NCBI GenBank assembly: GCA_902627595.1
Contig: CACOJO010000004.1
Location: 27,632-91,631, forward strand
Direction of reading: 5' to 3'
DNA from: an uncultured SAR86 cluster bacterium
GTDB lineage: Bacteria > Pseudomonadota > Gammaproteobacteria > Magnimaribacterales > AG-339-G14
DNA: 64,000 bases
Shown piece after piece: positions 1-9,901 of the stretch (position 1 is the stretch's first letter; the number at the start of each line of letters is the position of its first letter). The notes under the pieces were generated by a model. That model made no database searches, was not told the DNA's origin, and was given only the letters and a program-made list of their open reading frames with translations. Both the position numbers and the translations under genes were made by a program.

Positions 1-522
1 AACACCAGTTTTAATTTGAGAAATTTATCTTTTTTGGTTGATGAGAGAGGTCTTTTCCTAGAAGGAAATATAAATTTGTTATCAACCATTTTAAACAACC
101 AAGTTTCTTTGGAAGACGTAAATTTGAATCTAAATTCAAAGCGATTCTTAAGAAAAGTTCCGGTGATTTCATCTGTATCTGGCGAAGACATTTCAATCAT
201 TTTCGATATAAATGGTTGCTATTTTTCAGAAGGAACCATATCTGCCTCCTTAAGACAAACAAATAAGTTAGATCAACTTTCCAATGCAAAGTTATCTGGG
301 ACCATCTCTTGTAAGGACACTAAGATGCTTGGCTCATTTTTTTCTATTCCGAAGGACGATGTTTTAAAAGGAACCTTTGAATTGGATAAAGAACTTAATT
401 ATGTAGTGATTGCAAATTCAAAACGACTTTTTGCAAAGATAACATCATTTTTTGAGAGTGGTTTTACCTCTAGTCCAGATGTTAAACTAAGAGGAAATTT
501 ATTCGATTTTTTTCAAGATTAA
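1..522 (+). CDS. Hypothetical protein, C-terminal fragment (reading frame is open to the window edge)
   Basis: Frame 1 is open from nt 1 and stops at 520-522. No motif recognised. The next gene starts at 523. Confidence 0.4.
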   Translation, partial: NTSFNLRNLSFLVDERGLFLEGNINLLSTILNNQVSLEDVNLNLNSKRFLRKVPVISSVSGEDISIIFDINGCYFSEGTISASLRQTNKLDQLSNAKLSGTISCKDTKMLGSFFSIPKDDVLKGTFELDKELNYVVIANSKRLFAKITSFFESGFTSSPDVKLRGNLFDFFQD

Positions 523-1401
523 ATGCTAATAGGTAAAAATCCTCTTAACGAGGCTCCAGAATGGTTTGTAAAAAATATCGCTGAACGTCCAGAAGAATGT
601 TCAGTCAACGTTAATGGTGCCAATGTAAAGTATTTTATTTGGGGAGATAAGTCCAAAAAACCTCTGCTTCTGCTTCACGGTTACAACGCTCACTCATTTT
701 GGTGGGATCATATCGCTCCTTCTCTTACTGAAAATCACTGTGTAGTTGGCCTTGATTTTTCTGGTATGGGAGAAAGCGACAGAAGAGAAGTGTATTCTCA
801 AGAAATTTTTGTCGATGATGTTAAGGGCGTTATCGATGACTTGTCTTGGAAATCTTGTACTTGCATTGCTCATAGTATGGGAGGTTCGATAGCAACTTTA
901 GCCACATCCATTTATCCAGATATCTTTGAACACCTAATTTTATTGGATTCCATGATTGTCATACCTCCTAATGTTGCAGAAAGAATGTCCTCAAATAGAC
1001 CATCCGCAAGATTGGTTGTTGCGAGTCCTGATTTAGAGACCGCAGTTGCAAGATTCAGGCTGACTCCATCTCAACCTTGTAAAGATTACGTTCTCAAACA
1101 TGTTGCGGAAAATTCTTACATAGAAAGGTCTGATGGTTGGTATTTAAAATCTGATCCCTTAATACCTAACACATACAAATACAATGATCTGCATGACGCT
1201 TTTACAAAAATGAACTGTTCCTTTGATTATGTTTATGGTCAACTCAGTCAATTAGTCACTCAAGAGGTTTTAGAGTATATGACTTATGTAGGAAATGTAG
1301 ATGAAAATAACATTCATTCTTTAACCGGCGCTATGCATCACCTTTTTTTGGATATGCCTGAAGAATTTACTACATTAATCAAAAGCTTACTTTCAAAATG
1401 A
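523..1401 (+). CDS. Alpha/beta-fold hydrolase
   Basis: LLLLHGYNAHSFWW oxyanion region, nucleophile elbow AHSMGG and a late His (GAMHHLFLD). Family-level call only. Confidence 0.7.
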   Translation: MLIGKNPLNEAPEWFVKNIAERPEECSVNVNGANVKYFIWGDKSKKPLLLLHGYNAHSFWWDHIAPSLTENHCVVGLDFSGMGESDRREVYSQEIFVDDVKGVIDDLSWKSCTCIAHSMGGSIATLATSIYPDIFEHLILLDSMIVIPPNVAERMSSNRPSARLVVASPDLETAVARFRLTPSQPCKDYVLKHVAENSYIERSDGWYLKSDPLIPNTYKYNDLHDAFTKMNCSFDYVYGQLSQLVTQEVLEYMTYVGNVDENNIHSLTGAMHHLFLDMPEEFTTLIKSLLSK

Positions 1402-2618
1402 CCAAACCCTTAGTAGAAGGATTCTGTGATCCTAGGTTTTCTAAACTCGAAGATATCTTTGTTAAAGCTATAAAATCTGGATTTGATGATGGAGCCGGCT
1501 TTGCTTTAGAAGTTGAAGGTAAAGAGGTTTTAAATCTTTGGGGAGGATTTTCTGATAAACAGCATCAAAAAAATTGGCAAAAAGATACTTTGGTTAATGT
1601 TTTTTCAGTTACAAAAGCAATGACTTCAACTTGTGCATTGCAGTTAATTGAATCAGGCAATTTAAATCCCAACGCTCTAGTATCTGATTATTGGCCTGAA
1701 TATGCATGTGCAGGAAAAGAGAATACCAAAGTGATTGATTTTCTTACTCACAGAGCAGGTATGTTTGGTTTTCAAAGCCCATTGCCGAAAAACTCTTGGG
1801 AAGATTGGAATATGATTGTGGATAAGCTCGCAAAGCAAAATCCTATTAGAGAACCCGGAACAACTCAAGGCTACCATGCTGTTACATTTGGCTATCTAGT
1901 TGGAGAATTGGTCCGAAGAATTGACGGAAGATCTCTGGGAAAATATTTCAAAGAAGAAATTGCTGATAAATTTGATATTGATTTTATTATTGGCCTAAAT
2001 GATGAAGAAATAAACAGATGTGCAGATTTGTTATTACTTTCTGGAAAACCCAATCCATTAATTCAATTGATTTTATCTTTACCCAATTGGCTCCTCCCTG
2101 CGCAAGTAAAAATAGTCAAAGAAACCTTAAACAGCAAAGAGTATGCAAAGGCTTTTTTAGAAATTATGGAGGTAGAAGAAGGTGAAACTGCGCCTTCAGA
2201 TTATCCCAATTCAAATTCTTGGCGCAAGGCAGAAATTCCAGCAGCCAATGGTCATGGGACTGCATCTGGGATAGCAAAGTTTTTTGGCATTTTAGCTTCT
2301 GGCGGCCAAAGGGATGGTCAAAGAATGCTTAAACCAGAAACTATTAAAGAAGCAACAATTCCAAAAACAACCGGTCCAGATGTTGTTCTTTTTCAAGCCC
2401 CTTATAAATTTGGTATGGGTTATCAAATAGATGCCCCTTTCTCACCGATTGGAATGCAGAAAGGAATGTTTGGACATACTGGAATAGCTGGTGCTACTGG
2501 ATTTGCCGATTTAAATCATAAAGTTGGTTTTGGATTTACAAACAATAGACAGCATTCCTTAGGTAAGTTATATAGAACGTCTAATAATCTAGCCAAGAAA
2601 CTTTACGAGATTCTTTAG
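1398..2618 (+). CDS. Serine hydrolase, class C beta-lactamase/esterase family
   Basis: S-x-x-K motif (FSVTKAMTS) near the N-terminus in a 406-aa protein. 4-nt overlap with the upstream hydrolase gene. Confidence 0.7.
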   Translation: MTKPLVEGFCDPRFSKLEDIFVKAIKSGFDDGAGFALEVEGKEVLNLWGGFSDKQHQKNWQKDTLVNVFSVTKAMTSTCALQLIESGNLNPNALVSDYWPEYACAGKENTKVIDFLTHRAGMFGFQSPLPKNSWEDWNMIVDKLAKQNPIREPGTTQGYHAVTFGYLVGELVRRIDGRSLGKYFKEEIADKFDIDFIIGLNDEEINRCADLLLLSGKPNPLIQLILSLPNWLLPAQVKIVKETLNSKEYAKAFLEIMEVEEGETAPSDYPNSNSWRKAEIPAANGHGTASGIAKFFGILASGGQRDGQRMLKPETIKEATIPKTTGPDVVLFQAPYKFGMGYQIDAPFSPIGMQKGMFGHTGIAGATGFADLNHKVGFGFTNNRQHSLGKLYRTSNNLAKKLYEIL

Positions 2619-2628
2619 TCTAATCTAA

Positions 2629-3390
2629 ATGGTAATAGAACCTTATTTCTATGTAATTGCAGTTGTTTCTGTATTTTTGCATGGCATGGGCAAAGGCGGA
2701 TTTATTGGTGCTGGTTCTTTTGGATCTTTACTTGCGATACCGATGCTTTCGATTTTTATACCTCCGTTTCAAGCTGTTGCAATTCTTTTGCTTCCCTTAA
2801 TTTTTATGGATTTAGTTACGGTCTGGAGATATAGATGGATGTGGGATTTAAAAATATTAAAATTTATTGTCCCGCTTGCATTTCTTGGAATCATTATCGG
2901 CACATTATCGTTTAGCTACCTTTCAGAAGATAACATCAGAGTGATAATTGGCTTGATGGCAGTCATATTTTGTCTCGATTACTATCTGCGAAATGACTCT
3001 GATGAACCTTCACAACCGTCTTCTTGGGGTTCGTATTTTTGGCCTTCATTATCAGGCTTTACGAGTTTTTCAATTCATGCAGGCGGTATTCCCTTGAGTT
3101 TTTATCTTCTTCCAATGAGATTAGATAGAAGAATTTATGTAGCAACTGCCGGTCTGTTTTATTTATTAATCAATTTATTCAAGATTTTTCCATATGCTTA
3201 TTTAGGTCAAATGAATTTTCAAAATATATATACGTCAATATTACTTTTACCCTTAGCTCCGCTTGGCGTATTCGCAGGAGCATATTTGGTGAATAAAATT
3301 AATCAAGATTGGTTTTACCGCATAGGTTATTTTTGTACGCTTATCGCTGGATTAAAGTTAGTTTATGATGGCATGCAGAGCTATATGTGA
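2629..3390 (+). CDS. TauE/SafE (TSUP, DUF81) family membrane transporter
   Basis: About 250-aa polytopic membrane protein. The Gly-rich first helices (HGMGKGGFIGAGSFGSLL) are typical of the family. Confidence 0.55.
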   Translation: MVIEPYFYVIAVVSVFLHGMGKGGFIGAGSFGSLLAIPMLSIFIPPFQAVAILLLPLIFMDLVTVWRYRWMWDLKILKFIVPLAFLGIIIGTLSFSYLSEDNIRVIIGLMAVIFCLDYYLRNDSDEPSQPSSWGSYFWPSLSGFTSFSIHAGGIPLSFYLLPMRLDRRIYVATAGLFYLLINLFKIFPYAYLGQMNFQNIYTSILLLPLAPLGVFAGAYLVNKINQDWFYRIGYFCTLIAGLKLVYDGMQSYM

Positions 3391-4130
3391 TGACAAAGTT
3401 AAGTGTAAATATCAATAAAATTGCTTTGATAAGAAACTCAAGAAAGGGAAATAATCCATCTCTTGAGTATTTCTCAAGAAAAATAATTGAAGCAGGTGCT
3501 GATGGAATTACAGTTCATCCAAGACCAGACCAGCGACACATAAGAGCTGATGATTTATCTGACCTTATTATAATCACTAAAGAATTAGGGGTTGAATTTA
3601 ATGTAGAAGGTAATCCTTACGAGGAGAGATTAGGAGAATATCCAGGGTTTTTAAACTTGATTGACGCAATCAAACCTTCACAATGCACACTTGTGCCAGA
3701 TGATAGCAACCAGCTTACATCTGATCATGGTTGGAATATTCATTCAGAACATAATAAATTGAGCAATGTTCTAGAATTTCTAAAGGAAAACAACATTAGA
3801 AGCAGCATATTCGTAGATCCGGATAAATCTCAATTGGATGCAGCAAAAGATATAGGTGTAGATAGAGTTGAAATTTACACCGGTCCTTTTGCAGAAGCAT
3901 TAAAAAAAAATGAAGAAAAAATACTAAATACCTATAAAGAGGCAATCGAATATGGCAACCAAATAGATCTTGATATTAATGCAGGACATGACTTGAATTT
4001 AGAAAATTTGTCTACATTATTATCTTATGGAGATATTAAAGAAGTCTCCATTGGACACGCTTTGATTTCAGAATCATTAATTTACGGAATCGAGAATACG
4101 ATACAAAATTATATTAAAATAACATCATGA
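3387..4130 (+). CDS. pdxJ: Pyridoxine 5'-phosphate synthase
   Basis: Colinear with E. coli PdxJ as recalled: LSVNINKIALIRNSR, GADGITVHPRPDQRHI, NAGHDL, SIGHALI. Confidence 0.85.
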   Translation: MMTKLSVNINKIALIRNSRKGNNPSLEYFSRKIIEAGADGITVHPRPDQRHIRADDLSDLIIITKELGVEFNVEGNPYEERLGEYPGFLNLIDAIKPSQCTLVPDDSNQLTSDHGWNIHSEHNKLSNVLEFLKENNIRSSIFVDPDKSQLDAAKDIGVDRVEIYTGPFAEALKKNEEKILNTYKEAIEYGNQIDLDINAGHDLNLENLSTLLSYGDIKEVSIGHALISESLIYGIENTIQNYIKITS

Positions 4131-4441
4131 CAACCGAAGAAAAAATAAAATCTCAAATAGCGGACAATGAAATCCTTTTGTATATGAAGGGTTCTCCTGA
4201 ACAACCACAATGTGGATTTTCTCAACGAGCAACTCAAATTTTAATGGCCTGTGGAAAAGAGTTTTCTTTTGTCGACATACTATCCAACCCTGAGATACGC
4301 GAAACTTTACCGAATGTCTCAAATTGGCCTACTTTTCCTCAACTATTTGTCAAAGGGGAGTTGATTGGTGGAAGTGACATTATGTTTGAAATGTATCAGT
4401 CAGGAGAGATGCAAGAATTGATTGACTCGGTTGAAGCTTAA
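4127..4441 (+). CDS. grxD: Monothiol glutaredoxin (Grx4 family)
   Basis: CGFS active site (PQCGFSQ), WPTFPQLFVKGELIGGSDI, 104 aa. Confidence 0.85.
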   Translation: MTTEEKIKSQIADNEILLYMKGSPEQPQCGFSQRATQILMACGKEFSFVDILSNPEIRETLPNVSNWPTFPQLFVKGELIGGSDIMFEMYQSGEMQELIDSVEA

Positions 4442-4483
4442 TCAATTAATTCTCCATAAAAACCTAGATAGTTAAAATAAGTT

Positions 4484-5662
4484 ATGAAAAAAGTAGTATT
4501 AGCTTACTCCGGTGGCTTGGATACATCCGTAATTCTTAAGTGGTTGCAAGAAGAAAAAAACTTAGATGTTATTACTTATACGGCAGATTTAGGCCAAGGA
4601 GACATTTCAGATGACCTTGAAGAAAAGGCAAAAAGTCTTGGGGCAAGTAAAGTTATAGTTGAAGATCTCACCGAGGAATTTATTTCAGAATATGTTTTTC
4701 CAATGTTTAGATGTAACACTATTTTTGAAGGTGAATATTTACTTGGAACTGCTATTGCAAGACCTCTAATTGCTAAGAAGCTTGTCGAAATAGGCATACA
4801 AGAAGGTACGGATATTATTTGTCATGGAGCAACAGGTAAGGGAAATGATCAAATAAGATTTGAAATAGGTGCTCATGCTTTAAATCCATCTATAGAAGTG
4901 ATAGCTCCTTGGAGAGACTGGGATATGGTATCGAGAACAGATCTCATGAATTACTGTAAAAATCATCAAATACCTATGCCTGCATCTAAAGCAGAAGAGC
5001 CACCTTTTTCCATGGATGAAAATTTACTTCATATTTCTTACGAGGGAGGTGTTTTAGAAGATTTAAATAATACTCCACCAGAAGACATGTGGTTGAATAC
5101 CAAATCACTGGAAGATGCTTCCGAGAAGTCTGAAGAAATATCTATTGAGTTTTTAAAAGGTGATCCTATAGCTTTAAATGGAAAGAAACTGTCACCTGCT
5201 AAGTTATTTAAAGAATTGAATTCTCTTGGTGGAAAACACGGTATAGGAAGAATTGATATTGTTGAGTCAAGAGTAACTGGTATGAAATCTAGAGGTTGTT
5301 ATGAAACTCCAGGAGGAACTATCCTATTGAAAGCTAGAAGAGCTATGGAGTCGCTGTGTTTATCTGGTCAAGAAATTAAAAATAAAGACAAATTTATACC
5401 TGATTATGCTGCCTTAATTTATGAGGGCTTATGGTGGAGTAATAAAAGAGTTTCTCTGCAAAATGAAATTGATTTAGTATCAAAAAAAGTGAATGGCAAA
5501 ATTATCCTCAAACTATACAAAGGAAACATCATATCAATTGCTAAAGAAAGCCCTAATTCTTTGTACAATGAAAATAAAGTAAGCTTTGAAGAAGAAGGCG
5601 GATTTTCTAATGAGGATATGAAATCACATATCAAGAAAAATATATTGGACTTCGATATTTAA
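4484..5662 (+). CDS. argG: Argininosuccinate synthase
   Basis: AYSGGLDTS PP-loop, GATGKGNDQIRFE, 392 aa. Confidence 0.9.
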   Translation: MKKVVLAYSGGLDTSVILKWLQEEKNLDVITYTADLGQGDISDDLEEKAKSLGASKVIVEDLTEEFISEYVFPMFRCNTIFEGEYLLGTAIARPLIAKKLVEIGIQEGTDIICHGATGKGNDQIRFEIGAHALNPSIEVIAPWRDWDMVSRTDLMNYCKNHQIPMPASKAEEPPFSMDENLLHISYEGGVLEDLNNTPPEDMWLNTKSLEDASEKSEEISIEFLKGDPIALNGKKLSPAKLFKELNSLGGKHGIGRIDIVESRVTGMKSRGCYETPGGTILLKARRAMESLCLSGQEIKNKDKFIPDYAALIYEGLWWSNKRVSLQNEIDLVSKKVNGKIILKLYKGNIISIAKESPNSLYNENKVSFEEEGGFSNEDMKSHIKKNILDFDI

Positions 5663-6555
5663 TCAGTTTCTAAAGAAATTTTTTCAACCTCTTTAATTTT
5701 TCTAGCCATGTTGATTATTGTTTTTCCCGGTCCTGAGTCAATTAATATGGAAAGTTTGTTCTCAAGGAGGTATTGCAAAGTTTCTCTCCATCTAACAGTC
5801 TTAGTGAGTTGATTGATAAGAGAGTCTTTGATGAGGCCTACATCTGATGTTGGCTTTGCAAGGACATTAGGAATGACAGGAATGGAAGGGGATTTAAATT
5901 CTACCTCATTGAGCAATTTAGCCAATTCTTCTTGAGCTTCATCGAGAAGATAACAGTGAGAAGGAACAGACATTTGTACCATTTGAGTTTTTACTCTTCT
6001 ATGCTCACCATCAGCAATATAATTTTTACAAGCTTCAATTGCAGAATTTTTACCTGCTAATACCGATACTCCATCAGCATTGTCAGTTGAAAAATTAATT
6101 GTTTCATTTGTTTCGTTAATTTCATCAATCATTTTATAAACGTCATTAATTGGCATATTCAAAACAACCAACATTCCTGCAGTGCCCTCAGGCACAGCAT
6201 TTTGCATTAACTTTCCTCGATGATTAACTAGCGTCACCGCATCTGACAATTCTAGACAATTTGAATAAACCAACGCAGAGTATTCTCCTAAAGATAAACC
6301 TGCAGTGATATCAATATTGGAAAGAAGATTTGAATATTTTGCCAACAAAACACTAGTTACAAGAATGGTTGGTTGAGAAAATTCTGTTAAATTTATTTTT
6401 TCTTCTGGCCCATTGCGTAATAGACCCTCTAAATCAAAATCTAAAGATTTAGAAACATCACCGATAGTATTTCTAGCTTCCGGATATTCTGTCAGGAGCT
6501 TATCAAGCATCCCAACTTTTTGGACACCTTGACCGGGAAATAATAGAGCTTTCAT
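5659..6555 (-). CDS. fabD: Malonyl-CoA:ACP transacylase
   Basis: FPGQGVQKVGM and the active-site GLSLGEYSAL motif, 298 aa. Lies outside the fabG-acpP-fabF cluster. Confidence 0.85.
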   Translation of the reverse strand: MKALLFPGQGVQKVGMLDKLLTEYPEARNTIGDVSKSLDFDLEGLLRNGPEEKINLTEFSQPTILVTSVLLAKYSNLLSNIDITAGLSLGEYSALVYSNCLELSDAVTLVNHRGKLMQNAVPEGTAGMLVVLNMPINDVYKMIDEINETNETINFSTDNADGVSVLAGKNSAIEACKNYIADGEHRRVKTQMVQMSVPSHCYLLDEAQEELAKLLNEVEFKSPSIPVIPNVLAKPTSDVGLIKDSLINQLTKTVRWRETLQYLLENKLSILIDSGPGKTIINMARKIKEVEKISLETD

Positions 6556-8048
6556 AAATTAAGAGAAAACTCACTTTCTAAAGATTCAATCATATTTGAT
6601 AAAGATGAGATATCGTTTACACCACCATAAGTATATTTGTCTGGACGAACTAAAACTGCTATGTATTTTTCAAAGATAGTTTTTAATCTTTGTTCGGAGT
6701 CATCATTTGAATCAATCGTTAGTGTTTTAATATCAAGCAATTCGACAATAGTTTTTGCTCTTTCAGATAAATCCAAATTTGACTCATTAGTTAAAATAGC
6801 GAAGTTAGATGATATTACTCTATCAAGCATTTCTTTTTTATTGTTTAGTGAAATAATGGGCTGAGGTATGGGAACACCAGTTATCATGTCTGCAGGATCA
6901 CCATAAATTCCATGCGGAATATGAGGAAAATTTACATCATAGCTTGGCCCTTTGGGCTCATACTCTTTGCCTTCAGCCGCAGCGCAAAAACCTTCAATTA
7001 CTTGTCCGATAGTAACCGTTTGCGCAATGGTCCATTTTGCATGTGAATGTCTTTCTTTTTGATAAGTATCAAGTATTTCTTCCTTGGCTTTATTTTTGAG
7101 TAAAAGATCCAGTTTCCAAGAAATATTTGTTATATCCCTAATACCAGTTCCCATTCCAGCTCCCATGAATGGCGGCATTTGATGAGCTGCATCTCCTGCA
7201 ATTAAGACGTTTCCTTTGCGCCAAGTCTCAGCTATGCAAGCATGAAAAGCATAAACTTGAGCTCTTTCCAGCTTGGCATTATTTTCATTTATCCATGGTT
7301 TTAAAAGTTTCCAAACATTCTCATCCTTTTCTAATTCATTTGTATCTTCGCCAGGCATTTTTTTAAATTCAAATCTTAGATGCCCACGTCTACCAGGCAC
7401 ATAAGTTCCTGGTCTTTTTGGATCACAAACTTGCATAGCTTCTTTTTTTGGAATATTTACTTCCTTAGTTAGATGAGCATCACAAACCAACCATTCTTGA
7501 TTGTATTCAAAATCTTCCAAATCAATATTCAACTCTCTTCTCACAAAGCTGCTAGCTCCATCACACCCTATAAGATATTTTGAAAAAAATGTTAAGTCGC
7601 CATCAGAGTTTTTACATTTTAGATAAACTCCTTCAGCTGTATCATCAATACTTAATAATTCTGTTCCTTCTTTGATAAGAATATTATTTTCTGACTCTAC
7701 AGAAGATCTTATGAATTCTTCTAGTTCAGGTTGATAAAACAAAACTTGATTTGGCCAACCCATAGCAGATACACCAACCGGTTGCTCGATTGTTTGAATA
7801 GGATTTAAATTTGCATCGCCAAAATGAACACAATGAACTTCAGTTGAATTTTCAACAACTTTCTCTGCAATACCCAGCCTATCAAATGTTCTAAGTTGTT
7901 CTCCATCTGTATTTATAGCTCTAGCGGTTGGAGAGGGACCAATGTTTCTTTCAATGACTAAAACTTTATGACCTAACTTACCCATTAAACCTGCGAAAGT
8001 GGAACCAACAGGTCCGTATCCACAAATTGCTATATCAAATTGTTCCAT
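6552..8048 (-). CDS. FAD-dependent aromatic-ring monooxygenase (MhpA/PheA-like hydroxylase)
   Basis: GxGxxG dinucleotide fold (DIAICGYGPVGSTFAG) and GDAAHQMPPFMGAGMGTGIRD. I place the start at the internal Met (MEQFDIA) rather than at 8120, which would overlap the divergent gene. Confidence 0.7.
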   Translation of the reverse strand: MEQFDIAICGYGPVGSTFAGLMGKLGHKVLVIERNIGPSPTARAINTDGEQLRTFDRLGIAEKVVENSTEVHCVHFGDANLNPIQTIEQPVGVSAMGWPNQVLFYQPELEEFIRSSVESENNILIKEGTELLSIDDTAEGVYLKCKNSDGDLTFFSKYLIGCDGASSFVRRELNIDLEDFEYNQEWLVCDAHLTKEVNIPKKEAMQVCDPKRPGTYVPGRRGHLRFEFKKMPGEDTNELEKDENVWKLLKPWINENNAKLERAQVYAFHACIAETWRKGNVLIAGDAAHQMPPFMGAGMGTGIRDITNISWKLDLLLKNKAKEEILDTYQKERHSHAKWTIAQTVTIGQVIEGFCAAAEGKEYEPKGPSYDVNFPHIPHGIYGDPADMITGVPIPQPIISLNNKKEMLDRVISSNFAILTNESNLDLSERAKTIVELLDIKTLTIDSNDDSEQRLKTIFEKYIAVLVRPDKYTYGGVNDISSLSNMIESLESEFSLNL

Positions 8049-8110
8049 TTTTGAGCATAAAAAATTAAGAAATTTATTATAATGATTTTTGAAAATTTGA
8101 GGAGAAAACC

Positions 8111-9121
8111 ATGGAACCAATTATTAAGGCAGTCGACGTTCAGTACTGTACGTTGCAATGTCCTGATTTAGATATACAAGAACAGTTTTTAATTCATTTT
8201 GGGATGCATACAGTTTCGAAGACAGAAGAAATGTTATTAATGAAGGGTGATGGAAATCAACCTTTTATAGAAAAAGTCCTAAAGGGAGAAAAGAAATTTA
8301 TCAGTCTTGCTTTCGTTGCATCATCAATGGAAGACTTAGAAAAAATTAGCAAAACAGAAGCTTTCTCTGACATAGAAGAACTTAATACACCAGGAGGAGG
8401 TTTTATGTCTAAAGGACATGATCCAGATGGTTTTGGCGTAGAAGTAGTTTACGGTATTAAAAATTTGGAAGACAAAACTGCTGAAACTATTCCAACTAAC
8501 GAAGGAAGGACCGTAAATAGAGTTAATCAAATGAAAAGGTTTTTAAAAGGATCTTATCCAAGAATTTTAAGATTTGCCCATGCCGGTCTAAATGCAGTTA
8601 ACGTTGTAGAATCTTTTTCTTGGTATCAAAACCATTTAGGATTTATAGCAAGCGATAGACTTTTTATGGGCGATCCTAAAGACCCAAACACTCCCTTGAA
8701 TGGAATCTTTGCAAGACTAGATAAAGGCATGGAGCCTGCAGATCATCACACAATTTTCTTTATGCCTGCAGATATGTTTTCAGAAGGAAAGCCAGTAATG
8801 AACCATGTTTCTTTTGAAATGTTTAATATCGATGACGTGTTTACTGGAAATGAGATGCTCGAATCTAAAAAAGAGGAGTTTAATTATTTTCAAGAATGGG
8901 GTATCGGTAGACATTACCAAGGTAGCCAATTGTTTGATTATTGGAGAAATCCTTTTGGACAAACTCATGAACATCAAACTGACGGAGATATGTTTGATAA
9001 TACATTTCCGACTAGAGATCTAAATGTATTTGTTGATGAAAATGGATTAGGGGATGCGCCAGCAGAGTCTCAATGGGGTCCAGCTCTTAGCAATACCTTT
9101 GGAGATGTAAAAAACGGATAG
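8111..9121 (+). CDS. Type I extradiol ring-cleavage dioxygenase-like protein (VOC/glyoxalase superfamily)
   Basis: Two-domain size (336 aa). His/His/Glu-type pattern: HAGLNAVNV, DHHTIFF, NHVSFEM, GRHYQGSQLFDYWRNPFGQTHEH. Divergent from the hydroxylase gene. Confidence 0.5.
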   Translation: MEPIIKAVDVQYCTLQCPDLDIQEQFLIHFGMHTVSKTEEMLLMKGDGNQPFIEKVLKGEKKFISLAFVASSMEDLEKISKTEAFSDIEELNTPGGGFMSKGHDPDGFGVEVVYGIKNLEDKTAETIPTNEGRTVNRVNQMKRFLKGSYPRILRFAHAGLNAVNVVESFSWYQNHLGFIASDRLFMGDPKDPNTPLNGIFARLDKGMEPADHHTIFFMPADMFSEGKPVMNHVSFEMFNIDDVFTGNEMLESKKEEFNYFQEWGIGRHYQGSQLFDYWRNPFGQTHEHQTDGDMFDNTFPTRDLNVFVDENGLGDAPAESQWGPALSNTFGDVKNG

Positions 9122-9124
9122 CAT

Positions 9125-9901
9125 GTGGATCTAGGTATTTCAGGAAGGAAAGCAATCATTTGTGCTTCTAGCAGAGGTTTAGGTAAAGCTTGTGCTCATG
9201 AATTAGCTCAAGAAGGTGTCGAAGTTTATATCAATGGAACTAACGAAGATAATTTAGCAAAAACCGAAAAAGAATTTCTAGGCAAGGGTTTTAAAGTTAC
9301 TCCTATTCTAGGAGCAATGGAGGACTCTTCAACAAGATCTGCATTACTTGAAGCTTGTCCTGATCCTGATATTTTGATCAATAACAGCGGGGGACCGCCA
9401 CCTGGAAATTTTTTTGATTGGACTGAAGAAGATTTTTTATCAGCAATTAAGTCAAATTTCACACAATCTGCCTTGCTTATGCAAGCAGTTATACCAAAAA
9501 TGAAAGAAAAAAATTTTGGAAGAATAATAAATATTACTTCTGCTATGGTAAAAAACCCTCATTTAATAATGGGTCTTTCAACATCAGCTCGATCTGGATT
9601 ACATGGTTTGTCAAAAGCTTTATCAAGAGAGGTTGCGCAATACAACATAACTATTAATAACGTTTTGCCTGAAAGAATTGATACCGATAGACAAACCCAA
9701 ATTTTAAACTTTCAAGCAAAGTTAGCAGACTCTACCTATGAAAAAGCAAAAGAAGAATTGGAGGAAACTTTAACTGCAAAAAGAATGGGAACTGTGGAAG
9801 AGTTTTCTGGTATTTGTACGTTTCTTTGCTCGCAACAAGCTGCTTACATATCAGGACAAAATATATCGGTAGATGGTGGCAATTCTACAAACCTTATTTA
9901 A
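9125..9901 (+). CDS. Short-chain dehydrogenase/reductase (SDR)
   Basis: GTG start. CASSRGLGKA cofactor motif, NNSGG, and an SDR-like C-terminus (YISGQNISVDGG). Confidence 0.75.
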   Translation: MDLGISGRKAIICASSRGLGKACAHELAQEGVEVYINGTNEDNLAKTEKEFLGKGFKVTPILGAMEDSSTRSALLEACPDPDILINNSGGPPPGNFFDWTEEDFLSAIKSNFTQSALLMQAVIPKMKEKNFGRIINITSAMVKNPHLIMGLSTSARSGLHGLSKALSREVAQYNITINNVLPERIDTDRQTQILNFQAKLADSTYEKAKEELEETLTAKRMGTVEEFSGICTFLCSQQAAYISGQNISVDGGNSTNLI

